Below are positions 24,805 through 34,197 of a stretch of 39,366 bases of DNA, piece by piece; position 1 is the stretch's first letter; each line of letters starts with the position of its first letter. Where the stretch lies: contig JBJERG010000051.1 in the NCBI GenBank assembly GCA_051882155.1, positions 1-39,366 of the forward strand, written 5' to 3'. The position numbers and the translations under genes were made by a program. The DNA is from Ruminococcus sp. (GTDB lineage Bacteria; Bacillota; Clostridia; Oscillospirales; Ruminococcaceae). A model generated the notes under the pieces. The model was not told the origin of the DNA. It worked only from the letters and a program-made list of their open reading frames with translations, and made no database searches.

Positions 24805-27366
24805 TTATAAAATCCTCAGATAGATTTCCTTTATCTCGCTCATAAGCGGATAACGTGGATTTGCTCCGGTACACTGGTCGTCAAACGCCTGCTTTGTCAT
24901 TGCATCAAGGCTTGCTGTGAAGTCCTCCTCCTTTATGCCGTAAGCCCGAAGGTTTTCCTTTATGCCTATATGCTTTTTAAGCTCTTCTGTTTTCCTTATG
25001 AGTCCGTCAAACAGCTCGTCTTCATTTTTGCCCTCAATGCCTATGAACTTTGCACATTCACAGTATCTCTCCAGAGTATGAGGATAGGCGTACTGGGAAA
25101 AGGTTGCCATTTTTGCAGGTGCTTTTGAGATGTTGAACTTCATTACCTCAGTAATAAGCAGGGCATTGGCAACGCCGTGAGGAAGATGATGAAATGCTCC
25201 TAACTTATGTGCCATTGAGTGACACAGTCCTAAAAAGGCATTTGCAAAGGCTATGCCTGCAATGGCGGCTGCATTTGCCATTTTTTCTCTTGCCTTTACA
25301 TTTCCTCCGTCGTCATAGCATACAGGAAGATATTCAAATATATTTTTTATCGCCGTAAGTGCAAGTCCGTCAGTATAATCGCTTGCCATAACTGAGGCAT
25401 AGGCTTCCAGTGCATGGGTAAGGGCGTCTATTCCGGAAGCGGCTGTAAGGGATTTCGGCTGGCTCATGGAAAGCTCCGGATCAACAATTGCCATGGTGGG
25501 CAGAAGAGCATAATCCGCAAGAGGATACTTGATGCCGCTTTCCTCATCGGTTATTACCGCAAAGGGCGTAACCTCCGAGCCTGTTCCGGAGGAAGTGGGA
25601 ATTGCCGCAAATACGGACTTTTCGCCTGTTTTCGGGAAACTGTAGATACGTTTTCTTATATCAGCAAAGCGCATTGCCATGCTCATAAAATCTGCCTGCG
25701 GGTTTTCGTAAAGCAGCCACATTATTTTTGCAGCGTCCATTGCAGAACCGCCGCCGAAGGCAATTACTGCGTCGGGTGAAAAGCTTCTCATTGCTTCTGC
25801 ACCTGCCATTGCACTTTTAAGTGTAGGGTCAGGCTCTACGTCGGAATATACCTGGTATGCTATATCCATTTCGTGAAGAAGGTCAGTTACTGCTCTCACG
25901 TTACCGGAACGGAACAGAAATGAATCCGTTACAACAAAGGCTCTCTCTGCCCTGTATTCATCTTTAAGCTCCCTCAGTGCTGAGGACAGACAGCCTCTTT
26001 TAAAGTAAACCTTCTGAGGAACACGCAGCCACAGCATATTTTCCCTTCTTTCCGCAAGAGTTTTTATATTCAGAAGATGTTTCACGCCTACATTTTCCGA
26101 TACGGAATTTCCGCCCCAGGTTCCGCAGCCAAGGGTCAGCGAGGGCGAAAGATTGAAATTGTAAAGGTCACCTATTCCGCCGTGGGAGGAAGGCGAATTC
26201 ACCACCAGACGGCAGGCTTTCATACGGGCGGCAAATGCTGCAAGACGTTCTGTTTCCCGTTCAGCGTCAATAAATATTGAGGCTGTATGACCGTAGCCGC
26301 CGTCCTCTATGAGCCGTTCTGCCTTGCAGAGGGCGTCTTCAAAATCCTTCGTTTTATACAGTGCAAGAATTGGCGACAGCTTTTCATGGGCAAATGGCTC
26401 CTCAGGACTTGCGTCCTCTGCAATACCTATAAGCACCTTCGTATCAAAGCTTACGCTTATCCCGGCAAGTTCTGCAATTTTCAAAGCGGACTGACCTACG
26501 ATTCTGCCGTTCAGTACGCCGTCTTTCAGAATGATTTTTCTGACGGCTTCTGTTTCATCATCTGATAAAATATGACAGCCACGGAGCCTGAATTCCTCCA
26601 TAGTCTCTCCGAAAATGCTTTCCGGCACAAGGACTGACTGCTCGGAGGCACATATCAGACCGTTGTCAAAGGTTTTGGAGTGAACCACAGAGCTTACCGC
26701 CAGTTTTATATCAGCAGATTCGTCTATGATGGCAGGAACATTGCCTGCGCCTACGCCAAGGGCAGGCTTTCCGCTGGAATATGCGGCTTTTACCATGCCG
26801 GGACCGCCTGTTGCAAGGATAATGTCTGCCTTCTGCATTATTTCATTTGTAAGCTCTAACGAAGGCTCTTCTATACATTCAATTATGCCCTTCGGCGCTC
26901 CTGCCGCTTCTGCCGCTTCACGAAGTATTCTTGCTGCCTCGGCGGTGCATTTCTTCGCCCGTGGATGAGGTGAAATTATTACCGCATTGCGGGTCTTCAG
27001 ACAGAGAAGCACCTTGAATATTACTGTTGAAGTGGGATTTGTGGTGGGAATAACCGCCGCAACTATCCCGACAGGCTCCGCAATCTGAAGAGTTCCCATG
27101 GATCTGTCCCTGGAAACAACGCCGCAGGTCTTTGTGTTTTTATAGGCATTGTAAATATATTCAGCCGCATAATGATTCTTTATCACCTTATCCTCAGCTA
27201 TTCCCATGCCCGTTTCCTCTGCCGCCATTTCCGCCAGATGTATCCTCATGTTATTTGCCGCCATTGCTGCCGCTTTGAATATCTCATCTGTCTTTTCCTG
27301 GGAAAAGCAGGCGAATTCCCTCTGTGCATAACGCATTCTTTCCATGACCTCGGATAACTGCTTCAT
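24805..27366 (-). CDS. adhE: Bifunctional acetaldehyde-CoA/alcohol dehydrogenase
   Basis: PTTNPTST, ICASEQ, EKLSP, linker LGCGTWGGNSVSENV, GGGSAMDAAK, Fe ligands DALTHA and CHSMAHKLG..H..HG. Confidence 0.97.
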   Translation of the reverse strand: MKQLSEVMERMRYAQREFACFSQEKTDEIFKAAAMAANNMRIHLAEMAAEETGMGIAEDKVIKNHYAAEYIYNAYKNTKTCGVVSRDRSMGTLQIAEPVGIVAAVIPTTNPTSTVIFKVLLCLKTRNAVIISPHPRAKKCTAEAARILREAAEAAGAPKGIIECIEEPSLELTNEIMQKADIILATGGPGMVKAAYSSGKPALGVGAGNVPAIIDESADIKLAVSSVVHSKTFDNGLICASEQSVLVPESIFGETMEEFRLRGCHILSDDETEAVRKIILKDGVLNGRIVGQSALKIAELAGISVSFDTKVLIGIAEDASPEEPFAHEKLSPILALYKTKDFEDALCKAERLIEDGGYGHTASIFIDAERETERLAAFAARMKACRLVVNSPSSHGGIGDLYNFNLSPSLTLGCGTWGGNSVSENVGVKHLLNIKTLAERRENMLWLRVPQKVYFKRGCLSSALRELKDEYRAERAFVVTDSFLFRSGNVRAVTDLLHEMDIAYQVYSDVEPDPTLKSAMAGAEAMRSFSPDAVIAFGGGSAMDAAKIMWLLYENPQADFMSMAMRFADIRKRIYSFPKTGEKSVFAAIPTSSGTGSEVTPFAVITDEESGIKYPLADYALLPTMAIVDPELSMSQPKSLTAASGIDALTHALEAYASVMASDYTDGLALTAIKNIFEYLPVCYDDGGNVKAREKMANAAAIAGIAFANAFLGLCHSMAHKLGAFHHLPHGVANALLITEVMKFNISKAPAKMATFSQYAYPHTLERYCECAKFIGIEGKNEDELFDGLIRKTEELKKHIGIKENLRAYGIKEEDFTASLDAMTKQAFDDQCTGANPRYPLMSEIKEIYLRIL

Positions 27367-27391
27367 AAAAAAATCTCCTCTCAGTTTTGCT

Positions 27392-27436
27392 TCTGACTTT
27401 CATTTGACAATATTCTCCCGCCGCCTTTGCTATAAT
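27392..27436 (+). promoter_or_regulatory. spoIIG-type promoter with over-long spacer and 0A-box-like site
   Basis: TTGACA (27404)-21 nt-TATAAT (27431); TTTGACA at 27403 is one mismatch from the reverse 0A box TTCGNCA. Confidence 0.7.
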
Positions 27437-27447
27437 AAGTAGAGGCG

Positions 27448-28275
27448 GTGATTCTTATACATACAATATACATTGATGTGCTGCTGATACTGAATCTGTA
27501 CGTAAACTGGCTGCTGCTCCGTGGCACTGCAAGGCTTACCCATACAAGGCTCTCCGGTATACGCTGCATTCTTGCAGCTGCCGCAGGAAGTCTGACATCT
27601 CTTACAGTGCTTCTGCCGCCCATGCCGACGGTATTATCTCTGGGACTGAAGCTTTTGTCCGCTGTGATACCTGTGGCGGCGGCATTCGGGATATCCTCCG
27701 TAAGACGCTTTCTCAGATGTCTGACTGTGTTTATATGCACAAGCTTTGCATTTGCAGGTTTCATGCTGGCATTATGCAGCTTTTCGGATACAAATATTCT
27801 CATATGGAGCGGCAGCTGCATATACCTACATTTTTCACTGATAGCCCTCATTTTATGCACTGCCGCAGCTTATTTTTTGCTGAGATTGTTTTCATGGGTC
27901 AGACTTAGGTATTTTCATTCCGATGAAATGTATGAGGTTATCCTGCGTCTGGGTACTCATACCGCAAAACAGAAAGGCATTCCGGATACAGGAAACAGCC
28001 TTACTGACTGCTTTACAGGTATGCCTGTCATCATTTTCGGAAAGGAGGCGCTTCTCTCCATACCGGGTATCTCTGAACCTGCAGGGCTGCCGGGTTACAG
28101 ACCGGTGCCATTTTCCACAGTTTCAGGCAGTGATGTAATTGCGGCATTTCGTCCCGACGAGATCATTATCAGAAGCATAAGCAGCGGAAAAATCAGAAAA
28201 GTCGACGCACTGGCAGGAATCGCAGAAGGGCAGAATTCCGCCATATTCAATCCTAACCTGCTTCATGTAATGTGA
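27448..28275 (+). CDS. spoIIGA: Pro-sigma-E processing aspartic protease
   Basis: [12 protein letters not shown]-terminus, about five TM segments, catalytic DTGN; directly upstream of sigE. Confidence 0.92.
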   Translation: MILIHTIYIDVLLILNLYVNWLLLRGTARLTHTRLSGIRCILAAAAGSLTSLTVLLPPMPTVLSLGLKLLSAVIPVAAAFGISSVRRFLRCLTVFICTSFAFAGFMLALCSFSDTNILIWSGSCIYLHFSLIALILCTAAAYFLLRLFSWVRLRYFHSDEMYEVILRLGTHTAKQKGIPDTGNSLTDCFTGMPVIIFGKEALLSIPGISEPAGLPGYRPVPFSTVSGSDVIAAFRPDEIIIRSISSGKIRKVDALAGIAEGQNSAIFNPNLLHVM

Positions 28276-28286
28276 AAGGAGAATTT

Positions 28287-28997
28287 ATGGGAACGCTTTT
28301 TTCATTCAGAGAACGCCTGGGCAGACTGCTTCAGCGGCTGCTGCCGAAATGCAGCATCCACTACATACACGGAACAGATACCCTTCCTCCTCCGCTTACC
28401 GGCGAAGAGGAAAGGGAGGTATTCAGCCGGCTTTCAAAGGGCGACCCGAAGGCACGTGATACTCTTATCGTTCATAACCTGCGGCTTGTTGTGTATATCG
28501 CTAAAAAATTCGAATCAAGCGGCGTGGGTATGGAGGATCTGGTTTCCATTGGCAGTATCGGTCTTATAAAGGCTGTAAATACATTCTGCCCCGAAAAAAA
28601 GATAAAGCTTGCAACCTATGCCTCACGCTGCATTGAAAATGAGATCCTCATGTTCCTCAGAAAAGCCTCCCAGTACCGCAGCGAGGTTTCAATTGATGAA
28701 CCGCTGAACATTGACTGGGACGGCAACGAACTCCTTTTGTCCGACATTCTCGGCACTGATGAAGACGTGGTATGCAGAGGTGTTGAATCCGAAGCTGAAA
28801 GAGAAATGCTTCACATGGCTGTATCGGATCTTGAACCTCGTGAACGTGAGATAATGGAGCTGAGATTCGGCTTTGCAGACGGCCATGAACGTACCCAGAA
28901 GGAGGTTGCAGAGGCTATAGGCATATCACAGTCATATATTTCACGTCTTGAAAAAAAGATAATACGCAAACTGAAAACCAAGCTTGAAGCTTATTAA
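28287..28997 (+). CDS. sigE: Sporulation sigma factor E (pro-form)
   Basis: Basic pro-peptide, [65 protein letters not shown]. Confidence 0.97.
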   Translation: MGTLFSFRERLGRLLQRLLPKCSIHYIHGTDTLPPPLTGEEEREVFSRLSKGDPKARDTLIVHNLRLVVYIAKKFESSGVGMEDLVSIGSIGLIKAVNTFCPEKKIKLATYASRCIENEILMFLRKASQYRSEVSIDEPLNIDWDGNELLLSDILGTDEDVVCRGVESEAEREMLHMAVSDLEPREREIMELRFGFADGHERTQKEVAEAIGISQSYISRLEKKIIRKLKTKLEAY

Positions 28998-29007
28998 AAG
29001 AGCAAAA

Positions 29008-29043
29008 AAAGGCTGCCGCAGAATTCCCTCTGCGGCAGCCTTA
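29008..29043. terminator. Bidirectional terminator after sigE
   Basis: AAGGCTGCCGCAGA...TCTGCGGCAGCCTT with A tract on the left and T-rich tail on the right. Confidence 0.85.
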
Positions 29044-29078
29044 TTATATTTAATTGTAAACAATCTGAATCATGTTAA

Positions 29079-31583
29079 TCAGTTAAGTGTTGCTCCCGGT
29101 CCGAGAACATCAACAATTGCAACCATGTACTTCAGAAGTATGAGTGAGTCGCTTGCATTGATAACGTCATCATACAGGCAGTTGGCGTTTTCCATCTGCT
29201 GAGGATTGAACTTCATGATGCCTGCATTGTACTTGTTAAGGTATACAAGGTCAATCAGAGATACTTCATCATCAAGGTTTGTGTCACCGTAAAGTGCATT
29301 GAGCTTGGGATCAAATGTAGTTGTGGTTGTAGTAGTGGTAGTAGTTGTTGTAGTGGTGGTTGTTGTGGTAGTTGTTGTTGTGGTGGTGGTAGCAGCAGCA
29401 TTTACAACAACCTGAACCTCTGTCTTCTGTCCCTGAGGAGATTCAACAGTGATTACAGTTTCACCTGCGCCTACTGCTGTAACATTGCCGTTGTCGTCAA
29501 CTGTTACAATGTCAATATCCCCTGTCTTGAAGATACAGTCAGCAACATTTGCCTGCAGTGTTTCTGTATCGCCAACTTCCATAACCAGCTTGCCGGGACG
29601 TACAAAGAGATCATCCTCGAACATATCCTTCTTTGCGGAGTTTCTTCTGTCATCTGTTGTATAGTAAAGTGTAACATCCTTAACCTGAACATCGGATACT
29701 GTCTTGCCCTTCATGCCGGCATAGTAAAGACCAAGCTTGAAGTTGTCGGTAGGCTGTTCTGTGCTGATGTAGTTGCGGTAAGATGTACTGCTGAGCTCTT
29801 CGCCGGGCTTTACGCCGGACGCAATAACGCCGGGCATTGTCCACATGAATGTATACTCGCTCTTGCTTTCGTCTGCGCTGATAAGTGCGAAAGGTTTGCC
29901 CTGTTCTTCACTCGGTACAAGGTCTGCCTGTACCCAGTAATCAGATGTTGCCTTTGAGCAGTTTTCACGAACTGTTGTACCTGCGCCCAGTACCATTGTG
30001 TCAACAGGACTTGCAGCCTTTACAGTAAACAGGATCGCATAAACATCACAGGTAATCTCGTAGTCTGTACCCTTCTTTACGAAGTCAGAGAACATGAATT
30101 CTGTACCATTTGCGGACAAAGATGTTCCGCTGTAATTCTTTGTGGTCTTAGCCTTGTAAGGGAATGTAAGTGACTGTGTATATGTAAGAGCTGCGCTTTC
30201 CATTGTAAGCTTGTCAAGAGGTGTGTATTCCTCGGCTTCAATTTCGCCGTACCACAGCTGGAATGAGATTGTATCGCTGTAGCTTGATGTTGTATGAGGA
30301 ACAACGTCAGCCGGTACGTCCCATGTTACATTTACATAGTCGCCGAAATTCTGGTTTTCAAGGTTCTTTCCGCCGCCAACGTTTACACCGAAGGCAATGT
30401 CAGTACCGTTTGCTGCATTGTATGCGTCGATAGCGTCCAGTGTATCCTGGTAAGCTTCTGTACCGATGTCATTGTACCAGTAGCCGGCATTCTTATCTTT
30501 CTTCAGACCAGCCTGGTTCTTTGTCCACTCTGTATCAGCAGGAGAATGTCCCTTAACGTTCAGACCGCCGCCGTACATTACACGTGTAACATTTGTGCCT
30601 GAATCTGCTCTGAGTGTTACATTCAGTGATTCGATCTTGATCTCTGATGTATCAGACTCATTTGCATATACGCCGAAATCGCTGTAAGCAAACTTGTGGC
30701 TGTTGAGAGGTAAGCCTTCCTTGCGGATCTCTTCCTCGCTCTTCTTGATTACATTGCCGCTGGAATCAATTGTTTCGTAGCCTTCTTCGCTGTAGTCCTC
30801 ACCGTCCGGGCTGGGAGTAAGAACGATATCGCCGCTGAATGATGATGAACCTGCAGACCACTTCTTCTGGTAGAATGCACTGATATCATCGATCTTCTTT
30901 GTCAGTGTGGATGTAATTGTAGCTGTACCGTCGCCGTTGTCAACGAAGGTATAGTTGCCGCTTTCGCTGTTTCCTGTTGCATAGCCTGCACCGCCGGTAT
31001 TTTCATTGCCGGATGCAGGTGCTTCGCCTACGCTTGTGTCCTTAGTGCCGTTTGCTGTAACGTCTGCAAGTGTAATGCTTATTGGTTCACCCTTTACAGA
31101 CTGAGCATAGCAGTTCTGGAACTCAAACTTCTTCTCGCCGTATGTATCATCATAGCCTACGTTAACACCTGACAAATCGATAGTAAGATAAAAATCATCA
31201 CTGTAAGGTGAGCATTTTGTGCCTGTTTTGGTAAGATCTGCCCACCAGGGCTTTGCATCAAGTGAAATACCTGCATAATAAGCAAACTGTGCTACAGGCT
31301 GATCTGCTGTAAAATGCAGCTGAATACTCTTGAGTCCGCTTTCTGCAATATCTGCTACTCTTGCAAGATAAGTACATTCAGTCTTGTTTACGGGAGCACC
31401 ATCAGCATCAACTTCCTGTGATGCTATTACAAGGGTCTTTGGCAGTGTATCAGATACTACTGCTTTGCTTCCTGTATCAGCTGCAACTGCTGTAAGCATT
31501 GCACCTGATGAAACCGCTGTCATTCCGGTGAGCATTGCCGCACTTACAAGAAGCGCACCGATGCGTTTGCCGAATTTCTTCAT
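29079..31583 (-). CDS. Secreted non-catalytic dockerin protein: three CBM-like modules + Ig-like (Big_2) + poly-Thr linker + dockerin
   Basis: Signal peptide MKKFGKRIGALL; Big_2 pattern VGDTETL...IVTVDDNGNVTAVGAGETVITV; about 25 consecutive Thr; dockerin GDTNLDDEVSLIDLVYLNKY. Confidence 0.75.
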   Translation of the reverse strand: MKKFGKRIGALLVSAAMLTGMTAVSSGAMLTAVAADTGSKAVVSDTLPKTLVIASQEVDADGAPVNKTECTYLARVADIAESGLKSIQLHFTADQPVAQFAYYAGISLDAKPWWADLTKTGTKCSPYSDDFYLTIDLSGVNVGYDDTYGEKKFEFQNCYAQSVKGEPISITLADVTANGTKDTSVGEAPASGNENTGGAGYATGNSESGNYTFVDNGDGTATITSTLTKKIDDISAFYQKKWSAGSSSFSGDIVLTPSPDGEDYSEEGYETIDSSGNVIKKSEEEIRKEGLPLNSHKFAYSDFGVYANESDTSEIKIESLNVTLRADSGTNVTRVMYGGGLNVKGHSPADTEWTKNQAGLKKDKNAGYWYNDIGTEAYQDTLDAIDAYNAANGTDIAFGVNVGGGKNLENQNFGDYVNVTWDVPADVVPHTTSSYSDTISFQLWYGEIEAEEYTPLDKLTMESAALTYTQSLTFPYKAKTTKNYSGTSLSANGTEFMFSDFVKKGTDYEITCDVYAILFTVKAASPVDTMVLGAGTTVRENCSKATSDYWVQADLVPSEEQGKPFALISADESKSEYTFMWTMPGVIASGVKPGEELSSTSYRNYISTEQPTDNFKLGLYYAGMKGKTVSDVQVKDVTLYYTTDDRRNSAKKDMFEDDLFVRPGKLVMEVGDTETLQANVADCIFKTGDIDIVTVDDNGNVTAVGAGETVITVESPQGQKTEVQVVVNAAATTTTTTTTTTTTTTTTTTTTTTTTTFDPKLNALYGDTNLDDEVSLIDLVYLNKYNAGIMKFNPQQMENANCLYDDVINASDSLILLKYMVAIVDVLGPGATLN

Positions 31584-31828
31584 AATAATCATCTTCCTTC
31601 CCATTCACTAAAATATTTACGTTTGCAAAATGATTCGTTCATTTTTACTTATATGGATATTATAACACACATATATTTATTTTCTATAGATGATTTATTA
31701 ATAAATATATTTTGGTCATTTTTGGACGTAAATTTTTTCAGCTGAAATTTGTATACTATAAACAAATAAAATTATACTGTTTAATTATATTACGGTTTTT
31801 TTCAAATAATTCCACCCTGCAATAAAAA

Positions 31829-31860
31829 GCACAGACCCGCTGTTTCCGGCAGGTCTGCGT
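31829..31860 (-). terminator. Terminator after cdaR
   Basis: GCACAGACC...GGTCTGCGT stem with minus-strand TTTTT. Confidence 0.65.
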
Positions 31861-31887
31861 TCACAATTTTACTGATTTACAGTGCTT

Positions 31888-33228
31888 TTAATTTTCGCTG
31901 TCCGTATCGGCTTTTGAAGCGTTCACAATTACTTTATAATCTCCTGCCGCCCACACGTCGTCGTAATTATCTATTGATATAGTGGGAACGCATGAGAAAG
32001 AGGAGGATTCATCTCCGCCCTGCTGCATACTCAGCAGATCTACCGTAACGGATATCTGTTTGGGATCAAGCTGTTCTATTGATTCAGCCTTTCCTACTAT
32101 TGTAACAATAAGCTGTCCGGTGACAACAGAATATGTATGAGATGAAGGTGCATTGATTATATTTATCTCGCTTACAACAAAATCCTTCTGTGCCAGACCC
32201 TTTGAATCCAGTGTAAGGTTCACCGTATTTATATTTGACAGATTTTCGTAGTCTTCCGGCACCTCAAGGTTGTAGTTCTTGGAGAAATCAAGGGTTATAC
32301 TGCTCAGCGGTATGGTATCCAGCGTGAATTCCTCTGTATTTGAAAGGGACTGATCCGGCGCTGCAAGGGTTACCTTGTCAACCGAAAGCATAAGTCTTTT
32401 CCGCAAAAATTCCTCATTGAATGTACCCGGTACGCCTCTGAGCTGATAGGTTATATCCATTTCCTTTGTATACTGCACGGGTATATCAATAGTATACTGC
32501 ACCTTTTCATACTGAAGACCGCTTTTCTCGTCTGCAAGAATTCTGCTGCCGTTTGCGTCGCAGAAGGCAATATCTTCTGAAACCAGCTTTGTTGCCGCAC
32601 CTATCTCTCCCGCTGAATTTACGAGTACAGAAGCATTTTTTATCTGATTGACTATCTGAGCAGGTCCTGTAACATCTATTGTGGCAGGGGTTACAGTGAC
32701 ATTGTCCTTATTGATTATGCTGCCCTCTGTGCTTTCCACATTGCTCAGATCCGGCACAACATCAAGGGTTACTGTTTTTATTTTATCAAAACGCACATTT
32801 ACCGACTGGGGCGTAATGGATTTTACTGTAAATTCCGTGCCGTCAGTGCTTTTCACCACGATGCTGAGATTTTTTGTACCGGCAGTGGTGATATTCGGGA
32901 TCTCTGCATATGCCACAAGATTTGTGGAATCCAGCGTACCTACCTTTGAACGGCTTCCTTCTATTTTTACACTGACCTCCTCAACGTCGCAGTTGATCAT
33001 GCTGTATCCGTCAGCCTCAGCCGCTGTTCCTGTAAGATCCACCACCAGCGGAACATGATTCACAGTAACCGGAGTTGTGGGATAGATGGTAATTGATATG
33101 ACAAACCACATTATCACTGCAATTATCACTGAAAATATTATAGTTGCCATGCGGTTTTCAAACATAAGTGTCACAAGGTGAAGGTTTTTCAGGCGTTCAA
33201 AAAAATTCTTTTTCTGAGTTTCGCTCAT
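31888..33228 (-). CDS. cdaR: CdaR/YbbR-repeat regulator of diadenylate cyclase
   Basis: Single N-terminal TM (SVIIAVIMWFVI), beta-rich YbbR-like repeats (V.IEG.R, P.TI.VTGP); overlaps cdaA stop. Confidence 0.85.
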   Translation of the reverse strand: MSETQKKNFFERLKNLHLVTLMFENRMATIIFSVIIAVIMWFVISITIYPTTPVTVNHVPLVVDLTGTAAEADGYSMINCDVEEVSVKIEGSRSKVGTLDSTNLVAYAEIPNITTAGTKNLSIVVKSTDGTEFTVKSITPQSVNVRFDKIKTVTLDVVPDLSNVESTEGSIINKDNVTVTPATIDVTGPAQIVNQIKNASVLVNSAGEIGAATKLVSEDIAFCDANGSRILADEKSGLQYEKVQYTIDIPVQYTKEMDITYQLRGVPGTFNEEFLRKRLMLSVDKVTLAAPDQSLSNTEEFTLDTIPLSSITLDFSKNYNLEVPEDYENLSNINTVNLTLDSKGLAQKDFVVSEINIINAPSSHTYSVVTGQLIVTIVGKAESIEQLDPKQISVTVDLLSMQQGGDESSSFSCVPTISIDNYDDVWAAGDYKVIVNASKADTDSEN

Positions 33229-34109
33229 TATTTATCTCTTCCCTTTCTCTTTGCGATATGTGAAATATGCTTTGTTGCCTTCATAAGTACGGAGCCTTCG
33301 TCCGGTTCTATAAGACGGCTTTGCAGGAATTCACTGAGTCTTTCACGGGTAAAGCCGCTTGTCAGTACGCCGTTCTCAGCCACTGAAATAGAACCTGTTT
33401 CTTCAGATACGACTATTACCACGGCGTCGGAATTTTCACTCATTCCTATTGCCGCACGATGCCTTGAACCCAGCTTCTTGTTTACCAGCTCCTCTTTCTG
33501 GGGCTTGGGCAGAAAGCAGGCTGCCGCCATTATCATACCGTCACGCATAATTACCGCACCGTCATGCAGCGGCGTTTTGGGGTAAAATATATTCCCGAAA
33601 AGCTCCTTGCTGGGCTGGGCATTAAGCACTGTACCGTTAGCTATCTGTTCCCCCAGCTTCGTCTGACGCTCCACCACTATAAGCGCACCTGTATATGTTG
33701 CTGAAAGCTCAACGCAGGAATCGCATATTGCTTCAATGGCATTGTTCCATATGGCGGCGCTTTCCGTAGATGAACGGTTAAGTCCGAGATTAAGTCCCCA
33801 TCTTCCGTGGCCTGCCTTTTCAAGGGCACGTCTGAGTTCAGGCTGGAACATTATTACAAGCGCAAGAAGTCCTATATCAAAAACCTCTGTGAGGATATAT
33901 GTAATAGCCTTCATATCAAGCCATTTTGCAATAAGGAATGCTATAAGACATACAAGCAGTCCCTTCATAAGCTGACCTGCACGTGTTTCACGCACAAGCT
34001 TTATTACTGCATACACAATATATGACAGCAGCAGGATATCAAGGATATCCACCCACTGGGCTGTTTTCACGACGCTTATGATACTTTCTATAATATCCAT
34101 TGCAGACAC
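33228..34109 (-). CDS. cdaA: Diadenylate cyclase CdaA
   Basis: Three TM helices, FQPELRRALE, PLHDGA and LGSRHRAA motifs, VSEETG. Start uncertain (GTG 34109 behind GGGAGG, or ATG 34100). Confidence 0.96.
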   Translation of the reverse strand: MSAMDIIESIISVVKTAQWVDILDILLLSYIVYAVIKLVRETRAGQLMKGLLVCLIAFLIAKWLDMKAITYILTEVFDIGLLALVIMFQPELRRALEKAGHGRWGLNLGLNRSSTESAAIWNNAIEAICDSCVELSATYTGALIVVERQTKLGEQIANGTVLNAQPSKELFGNIFYPKTPLHDGAVIMRDGMIMAAACFLPKPQKEELVNKKLGSRHRAAIGMSENSDAVVIVVSEETGSISVAENGVLTSGFTRERLSEFLQSRLIEPDEGSVLMKATKHISHIAKRKGRDK

Positions 34110-34197
34110 ACACTGCACCTCCCTGCACTTCAGACCTTTATGTATGAGGGCATTTCTGCCCTCTTTGCATCTTGTTTGTCATTCTGTACTTATTGTA

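Noticed and set aside
27367-27447. Rex operator upstream of adhE
   Set aside because: No TTGTGAA-N4-TTCACAA-like palindrome in the intergenic region.
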